Origin: Lingula anatina
Taxonomy: Eukaryota; Animalia; Brachiopoda
Direction: 5' to 3'
Length of the DNA stretch: 64,000 nucleotides
Assembly (NCBI GenBank): GCA_051362555.1
Contig: CM120648.1
Span: 18,038,587 to 18,102,586 of the forward strand
Below the pieces are notes generated by a model. The model saw nothing but the letters and a program-made list of their open reading frames with translations, was not told the DNA's origin and did no database searches. Shown piece after piece: positions 59,169 through 64,000 of this stretch. How positions within the stretch are numbered: the stretch's first letter is position 1; each line of letters starts with the position of its first letter. The position numbers were made by a program, and so were the translations under genes.

Positions 59169-62100
59169 GTTTGATTGTGCGTATGCCATGCACGGAATTT
59201 ACAAACGAGCGACGGGATGATGTAGCTTGCAGTATTAGCGGTAAGCGTGCCAAGTTTTAGGCCGCTCCGATGCCCGGCAGTATTTTATTTCGATTATTAT
59301 GTTGGAACTGGTTGTTTTTTGTTTCACAAGCTCATTCTATTTTATTGTCTCTATGGAGGTATATGGGGACTTTACGACATTCGGTTTGAAGGCTTTAACC
59401 ACTTGTTATAGTTTATTTTTGCATTGTATTGGATTAATGTGGCAGTCTGAAGTTGTCCTAGGTGGTTTTCAAGTTTATGCACCGGGTTTTAATATCATTT
59501 AGCGATTTTACGACAACCGTTTACTATCCAATCAAGGTGACAGCCGAGCGTGCTTTTGACCAATGTTGTATATACCATAAAACTAAGAAGAGCTAGGTCG
59601 TGATTATTTCAAATGAATTCAATTATTAAATCAAAACACTCAACCTGTCTGAAAAGGTCTTCTGCAAGAATGTTGTTCGAGACTGAACAAACGGTAATTT
59701 TTTTTTCATCTTCTTGTTATTTGAGACGTTTTATTTCAAGTGATTGACAGGCAGACGACATACCCACCCGCAGTAGAGGAGACCACAGAAAGGTGACCAC
59801 GACTATTAGTCAACAGAGGTAGTGCATCAGCCCGGGAGCCACTGGCTGATTTGACGGTTATTTTGGAAAATATTAGATTTGGCCTCGTTTTCAAAACGTG
59901 GAGTGGTAGCCCCAAAAAAATTTGGCGGGAGACGAAGGCATAGAGACAGGTAAGTTGTACATGTGTTTGTGGAATGAACAGTAGATTTAAATACTAATGA
60001 ATTTGACGGGACAATACAGTATATGCTTAAGTTACATTTTATACACCGAATAAGTCTTCGTGTATCGATTTCACTGAGTATTCTCTAAAGTTACTGGCGA
60101 TTAGCAAAATGGCCGCACACAAAACGTCATTGTAAACATTGACTTTTGAACTGTGCCAAATGCAGCTTAAGGGTTTTTTTCTTTATCTGTTCCTGTTTTT
60201 TCATAGTTTGGCAATATTTTTTGAACATATCAAATTTTTAAGATGTGCGATGGCCTGTAATTTGTAGAATTTCAACATTTCCAACAAGCTGTATATTCAC
60301 CGTGCCGGGTACCTATCATTTAGTTGATCGAGTGATGGCAGTGGCTTTCTGGTCTCATGCATGGAATGAATGTCACCGTATAAGTGAAATGTTTGAATCT
60401 TGGCTTCTCATGCAATTTCTTCGTGTTTTAATGTGAAAAGGATGAAGTGGATTGCGAAATAACATTGTCATCCAACCTGCATACACGTATACGTATGTGC
60501 ATATCGTGGTGTACCAGTACTTGTTTGCAAAGCGGTGGGAGGGGGGGGGGGAGGGGGGGCATTGGTACCAGTAGTTGTGAAAGATACAGTATTGTAAACT
60601 AACCATAGGCATGTTTTGAAATATATGAATCGTAAATTATGTCTTTTTTGCTGGGGGCGGGGGGGGGGGGGTTAAATGTATCAATTGTGTTAATTTTTTT
60701 AGAAAAAAAAACATGTAAACACAAAATAAGTTTTATTGCATTGGTTGGGGGTTTTGAGGAGAAGAATGTCATAAAAATGCAAGTTTAAAAAAGGTGAATA
60801 ATATATGTATGTGTGTATGTACATTAAATGAAACAGGCTCTTCAATGATGAGGGCATACGATAGTGATGTGGTGCTCTGACTTGCATGTGTTTTCTAATT
60901 TTTTCATGCCTTGATTCAAATTGGGTTTTTGAATTATGATGGGTGTGCAACTTTGCCCAAAGTTCAGTTTCAAATGTTTTTTTAATAATCACTGTTATGA
61001 ATTAAGTATAAATAGTGCAGTTTAAGGTAAAGATTGTAAATATACTGTCATGCCTATAATTCACGCGACAACTAATTGATCATTTTCTGACATCTGTATG
61101 CGTACATGGTGACGAGATAATTATAGGGCAAAACACAATAGCAATGAAAATGAGAAGACGTCAAGCCCGCCCTATGTTCGCTAATATGCAAATCAACCCC
61201 GCTTGTCCATCGGTGGCGGCTTGTCACCCTGTTTATGCTCGACGGGGAGTTAATTGCCGCTTGCTGTAAGCCGACGTAATTACATAGTTGCTTATCTGCC
61301 GGTACTGTTCCTTTCTCTAGGCTGACACAGGGCCTATCTCCTGCCTTGCTAACGGGTTTTTCTTCACTTTGCAAAGTTTTGTTTGAAAGATTTAATATTT
61401 ATTCTACTTGTGAGTTTTTGTCCTGCTATTCACAATTTTCCCACATAACAGCCAACGTTAATTTGAAAATGACGTAATGCAGTATCGGTCACAAACCACG
61501 GAGCGTGCCGTCTGAGGTAATGAGGAAAAATAAAATATTATATTCGCTTCTTTAACGTCTTTTACCGAGACATTATATGCTAATCTCATTTGAAAGTTTT
61601 TCGCGTATTATTAATTTCGGTCAACTTATTCTGTCAAGCCATACGGGCCTGTCACTGCACGTGCGCCATCTTGAGTTTTATATGTAGAGGGAGGCAGGTC
61701 GACAGCCATGCGAAAAAGGACTCTGTGCGCGCGGAGAAGTGAAAGTGATACCTTTTTGAAAAACGATATCATTAAAAAATACATTCATAAAAATTTAAAC
61801 TTTGCTCGTCGGAGGCTGATACCCCACAAAGCTCTCAAGCTGCTTTGCACTGAGTTATTTATAAGTGGGATCTATTTATGTCCTGGAGTGGTTCATCGTA
61901 GAAATATAATTTTGTAAAATTGCAGTAATAACAACATTCTAATTCATTGCTTCTTTGTACAAGCAAGATGCTCTTTTCAAATGAATAATGAAATGAATAA
62001 ATCATGTAATTAAGTTGAGAGAAAGCAGCTCGTTATCTATAAATGGGTCTGTGTTAATTTTTTTTTTTCAGGTCGATCCTTAGATTGTGTCTATTGGCTG

Positions 62101-63552
62101 GTAATGTAGTTCTGTCTTTTAAATTGATCAACAACTAGTTTTTAAATTTTCTTTAATAAAATACAAATAACAAGTTTGAAATTGAAAATCTAACATGCAT
62201 GAAAAGCCAATTATAGTTCAAGTGTTATACTATTAAAATCCTATTTCAGCATGCAAAATATAGGCCCTATATTTAAAAAAGTTTGCATCGATCATGTTTT
62301 GTTTGCTTAACCTTTTTGTTTTAGACTTTGAACACATGAATGGAATTTGTAAATATTCTACACAATATAATTCACTTTCATTAGTTTTGAATTTAAATAT
62401 ATGGACAGTATTAATTAGATAAAATGTTACTTATTAAGAAAACGTAAATTTATTGAGAATAAAAATGCCCTTCTGTAAGCGTATTTTTGAGAGATGATTC
62501 TGTACAGTATTTACGAGTGTAAATAATATGCGTTTGACAGCATTTTCTTTCAAATGTGATTCTTTAGAAATGTGTGCATTAACTTTTTTTGTCTTACAGA
62601 CAGACACAGAGAGGACTTAAGGTCCGAAATCAGAAAGCCACATGGAAAATACATCGAAGGTCTACAAAAGGCTGCCTCCTTTGTAGGGTCTTATCTAGCG
62701 CACGAAAATCTTTATTAATAATGCGATTTGATAAATTATCACAGATGATGATTTAGTCTAATTGGTGTGCTACACGGATAAGAAGGGCGCGTAGAAAGTT
62801 GCCTGGGTCTGTAAATATATGCATTTTGGTGTCGGGGGGGGGGGGGGGGGGGTGGGGGGGTGGGGTCTCCTTTACTTGCCACAGTATTTAAATATTTTAT
62901 CTGGAAATTATTCGATCACCAATCGTCAAGCTGTCTATGCAGAAAGATATTTTTTAAACTAGCGGAGAGCACCTGCATTGGAGAAGACGACCTGACAGAG
63001 AAAGACGAAAGATAAAGATCACTCTCTCATACTTTTTTCCCGTAAATATTTTGATATTAAAGACTCCTGTCCCTCTTCTCTTGTTCGTGTCCTTCTTTTC
63101 TACATTTACTGCATTTTATCACTTGTTTTCCCCGAAGTAAGAATGAATCGTTTGAGCAAGCGGGCTTGGTAGAAAAAGAGGGGAGATATGGACATCAATC
63201 TTATTTCCCGTAAATGTTTTTAATATTAAGGATTCCCATCACTTTTTCTTGATAGTTTCCTCTTTCCTCTATTTCTTTTCGCTGCACTTTTATCTGTTGA
63301 CTTCTCTTAAATGAAATGAATCAAATCTAAATAAAACAAATAACGGAGAGCAGATTCTTTGGTGAAATTATTTATCTGTCAAAAACCTTATAAAACGTTA
63401 AAACATTCTTTATGAATAACGACCCATGCAGTAGTGTAAAATATCCATTTTGTAGAAGGTTGCACAGGATTAAATTCTCGATGCAATAAACGATTATTTC
63501 CTAGTCTTTCATTAGCCTACCAGCACCTAATTGAGAAAATTTTGATTCACCC

Positions 63553-63572
63553 CAAGAAGTTATAACTTCTTG
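63553..63572. mobile_element. excision footprint of the P-like family
   Basis: CAAGAAGTTATAACTTCTTG (fused TIR tips) flanked by direct repeat TTCACCC. Confidence 0.8.
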
Positions 63573-64000
63573 TTCACCCTGACACTGCAAACGAAAAAGT
63601 TCTTTAGTTTACTGGTGTCTCTTGAATATTTAGGCACTGTTGATGGCCCCAAAGATTGAAATTTGCTGAAACCGATGCTTTATCGCTATTGTTTAATGAT
63701 TAACAATTGCTGCCTGAGAACGCTCTTGGGATGTATACTAGTAGACATAGACAAAGAATGGAATAGTTTTTAATATAAAGGTCACTTACAACCCAGTCAT
63801 TAGGTAACACTGGACAACGAAACAAAGGGGCGACTACCAGTTGTAACTGCCATTGAATGAAATGCAAAAGGTGCGAAATCGGCCACCCCTTAATGCGATC
63901 ATTAACCAGCAAACAAAGCGTTGTATTGTAATCTCCACCGCCGACAAGCGGGATATCAAAAAAGAATGACAGTCTTTTTACTTCCACCATCCATCCCTAG

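Noticed and set aside
59200-62500. Transposon-end-like segments and short ORFs (60699-60992, 61072-61374)
   Set aside because: No TIR pair, TSD or protein motif could be established by eye.

Overview
AT-rich animal genomic DNA, probably a marine lophotrochozoan such as a mollusc (inferred from repeat types, not proven). Positions 1-30 kb are a stack of transposable elements. A degenerate Mag-like Ty3/Gypsy element (1-8548) is split in its RT by a 4.4-kb TA-flanked insertion. A pair of ~450-bp inverted repeats (11665-27998) encloses a Tc1 relic and a Kolobok relic. The Kolobok relic in turn holds MITEs and a very young full-LTR Gypsy element (19773-26743). That element has a Gag starting with a ComEA-like helix-hairpin-helix domain, a pol lacking RNase H/integrase, and a Cys/His-rich third ORF. 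Positions 30.9-51.8 kb hold the 3' part of a spliced ClC-2-like chloride channel gene (17 exons traced in frame; its 5' exons are not in the window). The most striking pattern is that seven splice sites of this gene (six donors, one acceptor) have each been amplified into their own minisatellite with unrelated unit lengths (32-112 bp). This leaves dozens of decoy splice sites, nearly all leading to premature stops. Positions 52-64 kb hold 3' UTR repeats, a Helentron-like element, a P-like non-autonomous element and an apparent excision footprint of the same family. All coordinates were read by eye and no database searches were run.
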